Source of the DNA: Candidatus Cloacimonadales bacterium
GTDB taxonomy: Bacteria; Cloacimonadota; Cloacimonadia; Cloacimonadales; JAFGVF01
Length of the DNA: 64,000 nt
Assembly: GCA_963678315.1 (NCBI GenBank)
Contig: OY782781.1
Location: 2,400,001-2,464,000 of the forward strand
Direction of reading: 5' to 3'
The notes under the pieces are model-generated. The model worked only from the letters and a program-made list of their open reading frames with translations. It was not told where the DNA came from and made no database searches. The position numbers and the translations under genes are program-made. Below are positions 41,541 through 51,870 of this stretch, piece by piece; the stretch's first letter is position 1; each line of letters opens with the position of its first letter.

Positions 41541-42722
41541 ATGAGAGTGCAAAAGATTGGTGGCTTTAATATTGGGATTGTGTCTAGCGAAGATTTACTT
41601 AATAAGAACTATTCTCCTGAGCCTGTTAACTTAAGCTCTTATAAGTGGCAAGGTAGCAAAAGACTATCTAAATCTTATGAGAAGAAGAGAATGATATCAG
41701 CTCCTTATTCTATGGCTAACTTACTAAAACTTATTGATAAGGATGAGTACCATTCAGGCTGTATTACTTCTAAAGTAAACACTTGTTTAATGCAATTTGA
41801 AGTTAAAAACTCTTTTCTTAAAAGTTGGTTAGCATCAGCTCAATATCAAGGTAATGATGATATTTTACTAACTCTTGGAGAACTGCTTAAATACTATCTA
41901 GCCTGTGGAAATGGCTTTGTCATTAAAATGCGTAATGCTTCAGGCGAATGGGTTGGCTTAGAAAGACTACTACCAACAGAAGTACAATTAATAGAAAACT
42001 ATGATAGCTTTGGATTCTTTAAACCTGATTTTCTCCATGTTAAAAATGGTAAGAAGAGATTCTTTTCAAGTGATGATGTAATCCATTTTAAAAATCCAAC
42101 TCATAGATCTAATGCTTGGGGTGTTTCCTGTCTACCTGTAGCTGTTAATATTGAAATTCTAGAGCAGATTAAAGCCTTTGATTTCAACAACTTCAAGAAC
42201 GGATTGTTGGTAGATTACTTCATGATAGTTGAGGGTGGCTCATTAAAAGATGATGTAGTTGAAGACTCAGAAGGTAATGAAGTCTTAAAGGATGCTTTTA
42301 ATGTTATTGAGGAAACACTCCAATCAGCTAAAGGAAACAACAAATCACACACAACTGTCTTAATTGAAACAGAAAACAAAGATGCTAGGATTAGACTTGA
42401 ACCACTTAGACAACAAGAGAGAGATGGTGGTTTTATATCTTTGAAGAAGGATTTGAGAGAAGGTATCTTCGCTTATCATAGAGTACCAGCTAGAATTGTG
42501 TCTCAGCTTATTCCAGGACAACTTGGTGGAGATAATAAATCAGATATGCTCATGTTCTACCATTTTGTTATAAAACCACTCCAACATCGTCTAGGACAAT
42601 TATTAGCAAAAGAATTTAACAAAGAATACAATTGGAATTTAGAGGCATCCGAATTTGATTTCGGTGACTTAACTACAATTTTTGAAACTGAAGATGAACA
42701 ACTATTTAAATCCATCAGATAG
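41541..42722 (+). CDS. Portal protein (PBSX/HK97-type)
   Basis: 'YLACGNGF', 'DVIHFK..WGVS', 'FKNG', 'YHRVP', 'IKPLQ'. Confidence 0.85.
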   Translation: MRVQKIGGFNIGIVSSEDLLNKNYSPEPVNLSSYKWQGSKRLSKSYEKKRMISAPYSMANLLKLIDKDEYHSGCITSKVNTCLMQFEVKNSFLKSWLASAQYQGNDDILLTLGELLKYYLACGNGFVIKMRNASGEWVGLERLLPTEVQLIENYDSFGFFKPDFLHVKNGKKRFFSSDDVIHFKNPTHRSNAWGVSCLPVAVNIEILEQIKAFDFNNFKNGLLVDYFMIVEGGSLKDDVVEDSEGNEVLKDAFNVIEETLQSAKGNNKSHTTVLIETENKDARIRLEPLRQQERDGGFISLKKDLREGIFAYHRVPARIVSQLIPGQLGGDNKSDMLMFYHFVIKPLQHRLGQLLAKEFNKEYNWNLEASEFDFGDLTTIFETEDEQLFKSIR

Positions 42723-42731
42723 GAGGTTGGA

Positions 42732-44468
42732 TTGAAAAAAAAGAAAATATTGAAAAAGGGAGAACTTAAGAACGTAGAAGTGGAATTAGTATCTCTGCTA
42801 TTTGATGATATGACTCCTGCTAATCAGAAAGGCTTTGTAATAAAGTCTGCTAATGGTAAGAGCTATCGCATCAAAGGTTCTTCCAAGAAGTTTAAGAGTG
42901 AAACCAAAGGTACACAAGGAAGACTATATGTCACTCTTATGGAACCACAAGTAGAAGATGCACAAGGTGATTTCTACTCCGAAGATGAAATCCAAAAAGC
43001 TTGTGACTACTTCTCTAAGCATGGAATGGTAGGTAAAAATGATATTAATCATAATAACCATCCTGTTGCTGATTTCAGTGTTGCTGAGAACTACATCCTA
43101 AAGACTGCTGATGAAGACCACTTTCCTGATGTAAAGGTTGGTGCTTGGGTGCAAGTTCTAAAGTGTAATGACCTAGCATCTCCACTATGGAAGAAAGTCG
43201 AAAAAGGTGACTTTAACGGTGTGTCTATCTATGGTAGAGCTGATGATTTAGGAGAGACTTCTGCTACATTGAAGGCTATTAGAGAAGAGCTTGCTGGTCT
43301 TAAAGAACTGCAAAAGTCTATGAAAGAAACACAAGGTAGAGAAGAACTTCAAACAGCCATCAATGAACTTGAATCTAAAGTTGTAGATTTAGAAAAGAGC
43401 ATTGGTGATTCTACTATCAGAGAAGCTGTTAAGAGTATTGAAAAATCACTATCTAACCTTTCAACAACTATGAACAGAGCTATATCTAAATCTATCAAAG
43501 GAGAACCAGATGATTCTCATGGAGATAGAGAAGTTGTAATTAGTGGTGAAAAGGTATTAGTTAAAGCATCTCATAGAGATATCTATAAAGGTATTGCTGA
43601 TGTTGATTCAGGCAGAAAGATGAACATTCTAACACCTAATACAACATCACTCTTTATTGATGAAGTGGTTGGCTCAAAGCCAGGAGATACTTTAACAGAT
43701 ATTTCTGTTATACCATTACTTAAAGATGAGAGTATTGATGTTGGATTGATTGAAGATTTGATTTTCAAGAATCAGCTTGATGGTGCTTTATCAGCTCAAG
43801 ATGTATCATCAGCAGATATGCAATGCCCAACAGGTATCTTAAATGCTGAGTTTACTCTTGGTCGTGAGATTGTTGAGTTCTATAAAGATAAGTACGGCGA
43901 AGATGCTTTCGGTGCTTATGTAGAACAACATATTGCTAAGAAAGCAGAAAAAGCTATTCGATTGTTACTTTTCAAAGGTGACAGAACATCTTCCACAGCT
44001 AAGTTAAAAGCTCTTAATGGTATTATCAAACTAGCAACAACAAACACAGATATCACATCTATCAACCCTACTAACTTTGCAGAGTGGTCAGAACGCTTTG
44101 AACAAACTCTTCTTGCCTTTACTGATGAGATGTTAGAAGAGCAAGAAAACTTCAAGATTTATGTGGCTCATAAAGACCTCATTCGCATCAGAACAGAACT
44201 TGGCAAACGTGAGACTAATAAAGGCGATAAGCTACTTCTTGAAGGTGGTAAAGTATCATTCGCTGGTATTCCTGTTAAGGCTAGATTGATGCCAGACAAC
44301 TATATCGTAGTAGGACTAACCAAGTTTATCATCATCGGCTATCGTACAGATGCTGAATTAAAAGTGGAACATCATGGCTCAGACTGGAAATACCACTGGT
44401 ATATCAGAATCAGACCTGGCATCACCTATGTTCCTAATTTTGTAAAAATCTACCAATTAACCGAATAG
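42732..44468 (+). CDS. Fused XkdF-like protease/scaffold and XkdG-like major capsid protein
   Basis: N-half 'EPQVEDAQGD..EIQKA..ENYI..GAWV..LWKKV..G.FNGVSIYG'; coiled coil; C-half 'IA..LLFKGD..LKALNGIIKLA'. Confidence 0.8.
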   Translation: MKKKKILKKGELKNVEVELVSLLFDDMTPANQKGFVIKSANGKSYRIKGSSKKFKSETKGTQGRLYVTLMEPQVEDAQGDFYSEDEIQKACDYFSKHGMVGKNDINHNNHPVADFSVAENYILKTADEDHFPDVKVGAWVQVLKCNDLASPLWKKVEKGDFNGVSIYGRADDLGETSATLKAIREELAGLKELQKSMKETQGREELQTAINELESKVVDLEKSIGDSTIREAVKSIEKSLSNLSTTMNRAISKSIKGEPDDSHGDREVVISGEKVLVKASHRDIYKGIADVDSGRKMNILTPNTTSLFIDEVVGSKPGDTLTDISVIPLLKDESIDVGLIEDLIFKNQLDGALSAQDVSSADMQCPTGILNAEFTLGREIVEFYKDKYGEDAFGAYVEQHIAKKAEKAIRLLLFKGDRTSSTAKLKALNGIIKLATTNTDITSINPTNFAEWSERFEQTLLAFTDEMLEEQENFKIYVAHKDLIRIRTELGKRETNKGDKLLLEGGKVSFAGIPVKARLMPDNYIVVGLTKFIIIGYRTDAELKVEHHGSDWKYHWYIRIRPGITYVPNFVKIYQLTE

Positions 44469-44477
44469 GAGTAAAAC

Positions 44478-44678
44478 ATGTGGAAATGGATCCTAAAACA
44501 AGCTATTAAAGCACTTGCAGAACCAATCGTAGATGCTGTTATTTTAGGTCTTGAACAACTTGCTTCTCGCACAGGCAATACTGTTGATGACCAGTTCGTT
44601 GCTAAGTTCAAAGAGTTTAGAGAAACCATTATTGGTTTTATCTTAGCTAACACAGACAAGATTGTTAAATCTAGCTAG
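44478..44678 (+). CDS. Small phage protein
   Basis: 66 aa amphipathic, 'LASRTGNTVDDQFV'; AGGAG RBS. Confidence 0.65.
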   Translation: MWKWILKQAIKALAEPIVDAVILGLEQLASRTGNTVDDQFVAKFKEFRETIIGFILANTDKIVKSS

Positions 44679-44683
44679 AGGTA

Positions 44684-45232
44684 GTGATGGGATTAACTAA
44701 ACCAACACTACCTGCTGGTTTAAGTTCAGGGGATCTAGCCGATCTCCTGAACCAGATTGGCAAGGTAGATATTTATAACATTTATGCATCAGTTGGTCAA
44801 ATGTCAGCTGAAGACGTAAGTCATATACTTGTATCTCAAGAAGCAATCAATGCTGAATTAGCAACAAGCTTCGAAGAGATTGGAGAACTAGCTGAAAAGC
44901 CTTTTAAAGTTGAATCTAAAACAGATAAGTTAAAGACCAGACACTATCAGTTAGAAGGCAAACGTACCAATGTAGTAACAACAACTATTGTAGGTATTTC
45001 AGAAGATAAGAAGAACTGGCTTGAAGACCAGAGTGCTGGAATGACCCAGCTTACTTTTATAGCTCTTTCCAAAGATAAGTCTCAAGCAATTCTAATTAAT
45101 GGTTGTAGATGGACTGTAGATTGGAGTGGTGAAGCTGATGGTTTATACACTCAAGAAATCACAACTGAGTTTATGGGAAAAACAACTGATAAAATTATGT
45201 TCTTCAATAGAATACCAGCAACAGTAGTTTAA
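44684..45232 (+). CDS. Putative tail tube protein
   Basis: 182 aa, beta-rich, located between capsid and tail chaperone; inference. Confidence 0.45.
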   Translation: MMGLTKPTLPAGLSSGDLADLLNQIGKVDIYNIYASVGQMSAEDVSHILVSQEAINAELATSFEEIGELAEKPFKVESKTDKLKTRHYQLEGKRTNVVTTTIVGISEDKKNWLEDQSAGMTQLTFIALSKDKSQAILINGCRWTVDWSGEADGLYTQEITTEFMGKTTDKIMFFNRIPATVV

Positions 45233-45241
45233 GGAACAATC

Positions 45242-45430
45242 ATGGATATTGATGTTAAAAAGAAAATTGATGATGTTCATAAAGAAATTTATGGTAATGG
45301 CAATTCATCAAACTCAATAGTAACAAGAATAGCAAGGATGGAAAGTACTATTAAGATACTTATGTCAGTATCATTAAGTCAGTTCGTCTTACTAATCACA
45401 ATTTCACTAAAAATGTTTATAGAAGGTTAA
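45242..45430 (+). CDS. Small coiled-coil + single TM phage protein (holin/XhlA-like?)
   Basis: 'IYGNG...RIARME' followed by a hydrophobic C-terminus. Confidence 0.5.
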   Translation: MDIDVKKKIDDVHKEIYGNGNSSNSIVTRIARMESTIKILMSVSLSQFVLLITISLKMFIEG

Positions 45431-45432
45431 TA

Positions 45433-45756
45433 ATGGATTTAAGTTATGCGAAACTTAGAAGAGTACTTTCAGTGTGTCTTAAAAATCAAACATTCCGTTT
45501 ATTTATTGAAGAGTTAATAAATAACAATGCTTCTGAAATATCAGAATTAGAGCTATTAGATTTATTGGATGAGTCAGAAGCTGATTTAGAAGTTCTTGAA
45601 ATACTAACAGATAAATCTCCTGAGACAATACCACCTGAGCAAGCAATCGATACCTTTCGTAATTTTTTTTATTCTATGAAAAACAGTTGGAAGAGGTTAC
45701 AGCCATTGCTAGAAGATTTGGGATTAAAGGTTCAGGCAGAAATACAGAAAACTTAG
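45433..45756 (+). CDS. Tail assembly chaperone (G-like)
   Basis: acidic 107 aa containing a T8 slippery run at 45663-45670. Confidence 0.55.
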   Translation: MDLSYAKLRRVLSVCLKNQTFRLFIEELINNNASEISELELLDLLDESEADLEVLEILTDKSPETIPPEQAIDTFRNFFYSMKNSWKRLQPLLEDLGLKVQAEIQKT

Positions 45757-45881
45757 AAAGACTAGAAATGGCTCTAAGAAGTGTTGGATTTTCTCAAAGT
45801 GATTTTGTTGAGATGACACTACCAGAGCTATACTTACGATACTGCATTCAAGTAGAAAACATAAGGAAAAATAATGGATAG
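45663..45881 (+). CDS. -1 frameshift extension (GT-like) of tail chaperone
   Basis: -1 frame opens right after TAA 45660-62, at the T run; 'FVEMTLPEL' motif. Confidence 0.55.
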   Translation, partial: FFLFYEKQLEEVTAIARRFGIKGSGRNTENLERLEMALRSVGFSQSDFVEMTLPELYLRYCIQVENIRKNNG

Positions 45882-46614
45882 TATAATTGCTTGGGTTGGA
45901 GGTAAACGCCTTCTAAGAAAGAAAATAGAGACACTTATTCCTCAAGATATGAGAGGATATATTGAACCCTTTGGTGGTGCTGGATGGGTACTATTCCACA
46001 AGGAGAAATGGGCAAAGCTTGAAGTCTATAATGATTTAGACAGACGCTTAACAAACCTATTTCTGCAAGTGAAGTTTCACCCTGAAGCACTAATAGAAGA
46101 GTTCGATTATATGATTGGTTCTAGAGATATCTTTAAAGAGATAAAGAACAATCCTGGACTGACAGAACTTCAAAAAGCAGCTAGGTTTATGTTCTTAATT
46201 TCTAGAAGTTTTGGTAGTAAAGGTGACTCTTTTGCTACAGCAAGAAGCCAAGGACATGCAAAACTTACGAACAAACTAAATAGAATAAAAGATTTAAACA
46301 AAAGACTTGATGGTGTTATAGTAGAGAACCTTAGCTATGATGAGTTAATTCCAAAGTATGATACTAAGGACAACTTCTTCTATTGCGACCCACCCTATAT
46401 GATTGGCTTTAAATATGATAATGCTAAGCGCTTTGATCATCAAAAGCTCTTTAATATTCTATCAAACATCAAAGGTAGGTTCTTACTATCTTATGATGAT
46501 TGCCAGCAAGCAAGAGAACTCTATAAAGATTATACGATAGAGTCTGTTAGCAGAGTTAAAGGTATTAATCGTATGAGTGTATATATTACATATCTTTTGT
46601 CAAATATAATTTAA
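45874..46614 (+). CDS. DNA adenine methyltransferase (D12/Dam family), C-terminus probably truncated
   Basis: 'WVGGK', 'YIEPFGGAG', 'VYND', 'CDPPY', 'FLLSYDD'; usual terminal E-h-h-I-x-N-Y motif absent. Confidence 0.85.
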   Translation: MDSIIAWVGGKRLLRKKIETLIPQDMRGYIEPFGGAGWVLFHKEKWAKLEVYNDLDRRLTNLFLQVKFHPEALIEEFDYMIGSRDIFKEIKNNPGLTELQKAARFMFLISRSFGSKGDSFATARSQGHAKLTNKLNRIKDLNKRLDGVIVENLSYDELIPKYDTKDNFFYCDPPYMIGFKYDNAKRFDHQKLFNILSNIKGRFLLSYDDCQQARELYKDYTIESVSRVKGINRMSVYITYLLSNII

Positions 46615-46806
46615 CCAATGTCCTATTAAATATCCGAAGTGGACTTAGATATATTATCTAATAAACTCAACGTCATTGAAATAAGTAAAGATAAGATCGT
46701 TATATATCATTAATCAATAGACATTTTGCTATTAATTAGTAACTCTTAAAGGTTTTATTCCGATACGTGTTACAAGTACTTCTCATTAGACTCAAACTCT
46801 GCAATA

Positions 46807-49194
46807 CTATTTTATCAAAAGAATCTTCTTCATGTCTGTAATATTGCCACTTCTAATCTTATAGAAATATACACCACTTGAACTATTTTTATTTGCATTA
46901 TTAGTGCCATTCCAGACAATTTCATGAACACCTTGATTAAGATTATCATTTAAAAGATTCTTTACTAACTGCCCTCTAACATTGTAGATATCAACTGTTA
47001 CTTTTCCAGGTTTAGGAATGTTAAACTGAATTGTTGTTTCTGGATTAAATGGGTTTGGATAATTAAAAGCATTTAGTTCTGAAGAAGGTAGTTCAACATT
47101 GTCATTACCTGTATAGCCTGGTGATTCAAAGCATCCTATATCAATATTTTCACCAAACATTCTAGCATTACCATATAAATCCAACTCTGGCAATTGATAC
47201 CCTTCATTAGCATATTGGCTATCCATAATTCCACCATCTATCGCGGGTGAGAAACCATTCTCGTCATCTGCAAACAAGCGATAATGCTCTTTTGTCGCTG
47301 GGTCTGTCCCAGCAAAAAGCGGATCCTGTCCAAGGATATTACCTTCATCAACTAGCATATCAGAACTATCCCATACACAGAAAATATTATCATTTTCATT
47401 TTTAGTAAAAAGATTATTTTCTAAATAGAGATCGTGACTATAACCCATATCTCTGGACTGGTTGTTAGCAAATATTGAGTTTCTTACTGATGCATTTCCA
47501 TCAAACATAACTGAGTTATCAAATTCATGATAATTATTTGCTACAGTACAATTTGAAAAGTATATTTCACTTCCCAACAGGTTTAACATCTTTGTACCAC
47601 CTAAACTACTATTATTGGCAAATAGACAATTATCCATAATAATTGTGGTTTGTGCACCTGCGTTAAACTGAACAACCCTTGCTAACGAGAAACCAGGTTC
47701 TGATTCACATACATTGTTAACAAAAGTGCTGTTTTTTATTATAGCTGTTCCAGTATCATTAGTAATGTCTAAAGCACCGTTTGATCTATAAATCCAATCA
47801 TCATTAGGGTCATTATAACAATCTTGAATTGTCAAATTATCAATTACAATATCTTCTCCCCATAATCTTAATCCATACTCAGAGTATAATGCATGAATAT
47901 TTCTTAGGGTAACATCTTCAATTCTCATAGTTGCATCAGGTCCTGAAATGTAGAAATTACTAAATTCTATAACACTATCTTCTATTACAACATTCTTAAT
48001 TAAACAATCATATACTCTCCATGCAAAAAAGCTATTAGCCATGTTAGTAGTTATAGAAAGGTCACAAACTGTAGGGCTGTGACTTGTATTCATAAACCCT
48101 ATTGCTGCATAACCGTAAAACATATTCTCTGCATAAATCTTCGTTTGAGATGGAGATAGACCTTTCAATATAGTATATTCTTTAACAGATATTGGAAGAT
48201 ATTCTCCCTGAATATAATTGTGATGTTCCCCTGCCAAGAGATGTACGGTATTAGGGTTTGATGGATTTGACATAATCCTCTGCATTGCTAAAGAGGGCGT
48301 TTTCAGTGCAGAGTTTGGAGATAAACCACTATTGTTATCATTTCCAACTGGAGAAACATATAAATCACAATCAACTTCCTCTAGATACGCCTCTTCGACA
48401 TCAAAGACCTCATAAGGAGAAGATTCTGGGATATTATCTTCATCTCTTTCATACCAATCAGCAAAATATCTATCATAACCCGATTTAGTGAATTTATTTA
48501 AGTAAATTTCTCCATCAAAATCATGTGTACTACTCCAATAAATATCCATCCCCCAATTAGCAAAGTTGTTGTAAATGCTACATCTATTATTTTGAGAGAA
48601 AGTTACTCCATAAGCTTCATCAAGCTTGCCTAAAATTAATAATCCTCCCCCTCTCCATCTTGCAATGTTGTCGTATATATTCACGTTTTCAAGTGTTACG
48701 GTAGAAGAATAGGCAATAGCTACCCCTCCTCCTCCACTTGCTCTATTATTGTAAATGTTCAAGTTCCTTAAATCAAGAGAACAATGCATATATATATATA
48801 TGCCCCCACCAAGCACATTATGTGGCTGACCGTCGAACACATATCCTGTCCCTCCTGTTATAGATAACCCCTGAATGGTGCATGTACTTGTGTTTTCATG
48901 GCAACTTATCGTTGCACCAATATTATTACTGCCATCAATAACAGTTGATGAGATATATTCTTCATTGCCTGTCAAAATTTCTAATGATGCTAAAGTCAAA
49001 CCACTTAGTCCTGTTAATTCCAAATTTTCATGATAATGCCCTGGATAAACCAATATAGTATCACCAAACACTGCTTGATTAAGTGCAGTTTGTATCTCAG
49101 TATAAGGTTTTGTTCCATCTAAACTTACTTCTAACATAGCAGTAAGTTTAAGTGTAACAAAAATTATTAATAATACAGCAAAATATTTTTTCAT
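46807..49194 (-). CDS. Secreted parallel beta-helix (DUF1565/pectin-lyase-like) protein with FlgD-Ig CTD
   Basis: 'YTEIQTAL..GDTILVYPG.Y.EN', 'LYVSPVGNDNNSG', 'DIGCFE', 'NYPNPFNPETTI'. Confidence 0.8.
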   Translation of the reverse strand: MKKYFAVLLIIFVTLKLTAMLEVSLDGTKPYTEIQTALNQAVFGDTILVYPGHYHENLELTGLSGLTLASLEILTGNEEYISSTVIDGSNNIGATISCHENTSTCTIQGLSITGGTGYVFDGQPHNVLGGGIYIYMHCSLDLRNLNIYNNRASGGGGVAIAYSSTVTLENVNIYDNIARWRGGGLLILGKLDEAYGVTFSQNNRCSIYNNFANWGMDIYWSSTHDFDGEIYLNKFTKSGYDRYFADWYERDEDNIPESSPYEVFDVEEAYLEEVDCDLYVSPVGNDNNSGLSPNSALKTPSLAMQRIMSNPSNPNTVHLLAGEHHNYIQGEYLPISVKEYTILKGLSPSQTKIYAENMFYGYAAIGFMNTSHSPTVCDLSITTNMANSFFAWRVYDCLIKNVVIEDSVIEFSNFYISGPDATMRIEDVTLRNIHALYSEYGLRLWGEDIVIDNLTIQDCYNDPNDDWIYRSNGALDITNDTGTAIIKNSTFVNNVCESEPGFSLARVVQFNAGAQTTIIMDNCLFANNSSLGGTKMLNLLGSEIYFSNCTVANNYHEFDNSVMFDGNASVRNSIFANNQSRDMGYSHDLYLENNLFTKNENDNIFCVWDSSDMLVDEGNILGQDPLFAGTDPATKEHYRLFADDENGFSPAIDGGIMDSQYANEGYQLPELDLYGNARMFGENIDIGCFESPGYTGNDNVELPSSELNAFNYPNPFNPETTIQFNIPKPGKVTVDIYNVRGQLVKNLLNDNLNQGVHEIVWNGTNNANKNSSSGVYFYKIRSGNITDMKKILLIK

Positions 49195-49269
49195 AGTTTC
49201 CCCTCTCCTAAATATATTTAGGGCTAACCTAATAGGCTAGCCCACAATTATTAATTATACATTAAAATT

Positions 49270-51765
49270 CTATTTCATTAGGACCATTTTCTTAGTTACT
49301 ATAGAATGAAGTGTTTTAATTCTAGTGAAATAAACTCCAGAAGCAACAGATTGTCCATAATTATTTTTTCCCTTCCAAACGATACTATGAACACCAGCTA
49401 TAAGTTCTTCATTAACAAGTGTTTTTACTAATTGACCTTTAATGTTATATATCGCTAGATTAACCATGCTATTCTTTGGATTATTAAAACTAATCGTAGT
49501 TTCTGGATTGAATGGATTTGGATAATTATTTATGGTTAAATGATTTATTACGGGAACATTAATGTCTGATTCTTGGTTATCTTGACCGAAGATAAGTCTA
49601 TAATAATCATTGCCACCCTTAACAATTCTGTTAACAGGTACAAACTCATTTGTAACCTCATTAAATAGATTAAACCCAACTTTTAAACTACTTCTGTCAC
49701 TACTCCAAGCTCTGATTTCCATCTCTGTAGCATCTTCTAACTCTATTATATATCCTGGAATCATTACTAAATCATTATCTACTACAACGGCTCCTTTACA
49801 TATATCATCAGCAAATACTGCAATTTCTTTTATCCCTAAAGTTGTATCAACTTCAACAAATATTGGGGTATACTCTGCTTCTGGAGTATATTGATAATAA
49901 GTAGTTGCTTTAGTGCTATAGTTTCTTGCTGGCGAGATATGATGCCATTTAAATGACTCGTCATCTGGGTCACTTGATGAAAACCTTTTTATAGATACCA
50001 TATCCCCATAACTGATACTAGGTAAAACTCCACCGATTCCCATTGGAATAACCCATGGTGAGCCTCTTTTAGGTCGTTCTCTAGTTATAGTCCAATCTTT
50101 ATGCTGAATATAGTATAGTTCATCCATATAGTCTCCAAACGCATCTGCAGGAGTTTGTGTTGCAGGAACAAAATAACCAACCCAAGTTGCTTCATCTGAA
50201 TATGTAACTTCAATTTCATCATCTAAATCAACATGGTACCCATGAAATCTATTCATTGTATCATTTTGATTGAACCTTAGTTTATATCCCCTATGAGATT
50301 TAATATCAATTGTATTACTCAAATATCCAGGATAAAATGTACCATCAAATAAGTAACTACCATTATCTACTTGTGCTTTAAATCTTAACAATGGACTAGT
50401 CATAGGATCATCATATTCAGCAAAGAAATTTGACATTATTGCATTTGATTGTGGAATATTATCAATTACAGGGAATGAAACCCAGTTGTAATCAATTCCG
50501 CTTGTAAATGAATATGTTGCGAATCTATCAAGATCATACTGAACAGCACCAATGTCATTTGTTAAATCAGATATATCGCAAGTAGAATTGCCCTCACCTT
50601 TACCAATGAGAGAAGATCCAGCTTGCAAATTAAAGTCATCGTTTGCTACATCCTCAAACATAGGCTGTGTTGTTGCAATATTGTCTAAACCTTGTAATCC
50701 AGTTGGTATGGAAGAGGCATATATACAGCAATTTGTATAAGTTGAAGAAGAAGTAATAGGGTTTCTTATGATACTATCTTTGAACTCCAAAGACATATTT
50801 TGTGGATAAAAATCATCCTGTGTTGAATCCTGTAAGAGATTACAATGGTTTAGCTTAATTTCCCAATCACTATTTGATGCATAGATAGAATTTCCGTAAA
50901 TCTCATCGTTAGTTCTACAATCGTTATTATAGAAGATTGTATTATTGAACTCTACAGTAGAATTGCCTGAGTTACCACCTGAAATTGCAACACCAGCTCC
51001 ATATGTAGATGTAACCATAGGACCAGAAGATAGTATTAATGTTTCGTTATCTTTAATAATACAATTATTTATTTTAATCAAGTTACTGGTATTAGAGCTA
51101 GTAGACCCACCAATTTTTATACCTGCTCCCTCATAATTCTTTCCATCTTGAATAGTTAAATTCTCGATAGTGATGTTGTAAGAATTGTAGATATTAATTA
51201 CCGGAGATTCATAAACACCCATAATAATTGTATCTGAAAAGTCGTTACCTCTTATTGTAAGATTTATTTTATTTTCAATATTTATTGCACCTGTATATTC
51301 ACCAGGTTGTATATAAATAATATCCCCACTAACTGCACTATCTACTTCTTGTTGAAGCTGATTAGGGCCAAAGCCTCCTGGATATTGATTAATATTATAT
51401 ATACCTATGTCACTTAAAGTTTGTCCATTTGCAACAAGTTCAATATAAACAACACCAGATCTTATCTCAGTTGTATTATTTTCATCAACACTAATTATTA
51501 CATCATAGCAACTTCCGTATAGATTGGTGTAATTATTGTTTGAATCACACCAATTGATATCATAACTCGAATAAGATGACTCACCAGCTATTAAATTTTG
51601 TCCTGTACTAATAGGTGTATCTAAATAAATCGTTACTGATAAAGTGTTTGAATCACTTCTTAGCCAATAAGGACTTCCATCCTCAATATTAATAATTTCA
51701 CTTGCTGAGTACAAATAGAGTAAATGTGTTAGTAATAATAGACTGATAAATAGAACTTTCTTCAT
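49270..51765 (-). CDS. Secreted beta-helix protein with FlgD-Ig CTD
   Basis: signal peptide, 'GDIIYIQPGEY', 'DIGA', 'YNWVSFP', 'NYPNPFNPETTI'. Confidence 0.8.
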   Translation of the reverse strand: MKKVLFISLLLLTHLLYLYSASEIINIEDGSPYWLRSDSNTLSVTIYLDTPISTGQNLIAGESSYSSYDINWCDSNNNYTNLYGSCYDVIISVDENNTTEIRSGVVYIELVANGQTLSDIGIYNINQYPGGFGPNQLQQEVDSAVSGDIIYIQPGEYTGAINIENKINLTIRGNDFSDTIIMGVYESPVINIYNSYNITIENLTIQDGKNYEGAGIKIGGSTSSNTSNLIKINNCIIKDNETLILSSGPMVTSTYGAGVAISGGNSGNSTVEFNNTIFYNNDCRTNDEIYGNSIYASNSDWEIKLNHCNLLQDSTQDDFYPQNMSLEFKDSIIRNPITSSSTYTNCCIYASSIPTGLQGLDNIATTQPMFEDVANDDFNLQAGSSLIGKGEGNSTCDISDLTNDIGAVQYDLDRFATYSFTSGIDYNWVSFPVIDNIPQSNAIMSNFFAEYDDPMTSPLLRFKAQVDNGSYLFDGTFYPGYLSNTIDIKSHRGYKLRFNQNDTMNRFHGYHVDLDDEIEVTYSDEATWVGYFVPATQTPADAFGDYMDELYYIQHKDWTITRERPKRGSPWVIPMGIGGVLPSISYGDMVSIKRFSSSDPDDESFKWHHISPARNYSTKATTYYQYTPEAEYTPIFVEVDTTLGIKEIAVFADDICKGAVVVDNDLVMIPGYIIELEDATEMEIRAWSSDRSSLKVGFNLFNEVTNEFVPVNRIVKGGNDYYRLIFGQDNQESDINVPVINHLTINNYPNPFNPETTISFNNPKNSMVNLAIYNIKGQLVKTLVNEELIAGVHSIVWKGKNNYGQSVASGVYFTRIKTLHSIVTKKMVLMK

Positions 51766-51870
51766 AATTTCTCCTTTTTGTTTAATTTTGTAAATATTCT
51801 TTTTTCTTTTCTACGATGAATATTGTATCATCTGCAAGAACGACTGTATCATCAACTGAAATTATAGTTC

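Noticed and set aside
51782..51870. Short open frame after the 71-aa gene (…DDTVVLADDTIFIVEKKKEYLQN)
   Set aside because: No start codon or RBS in frame; cannot be supported as a gene
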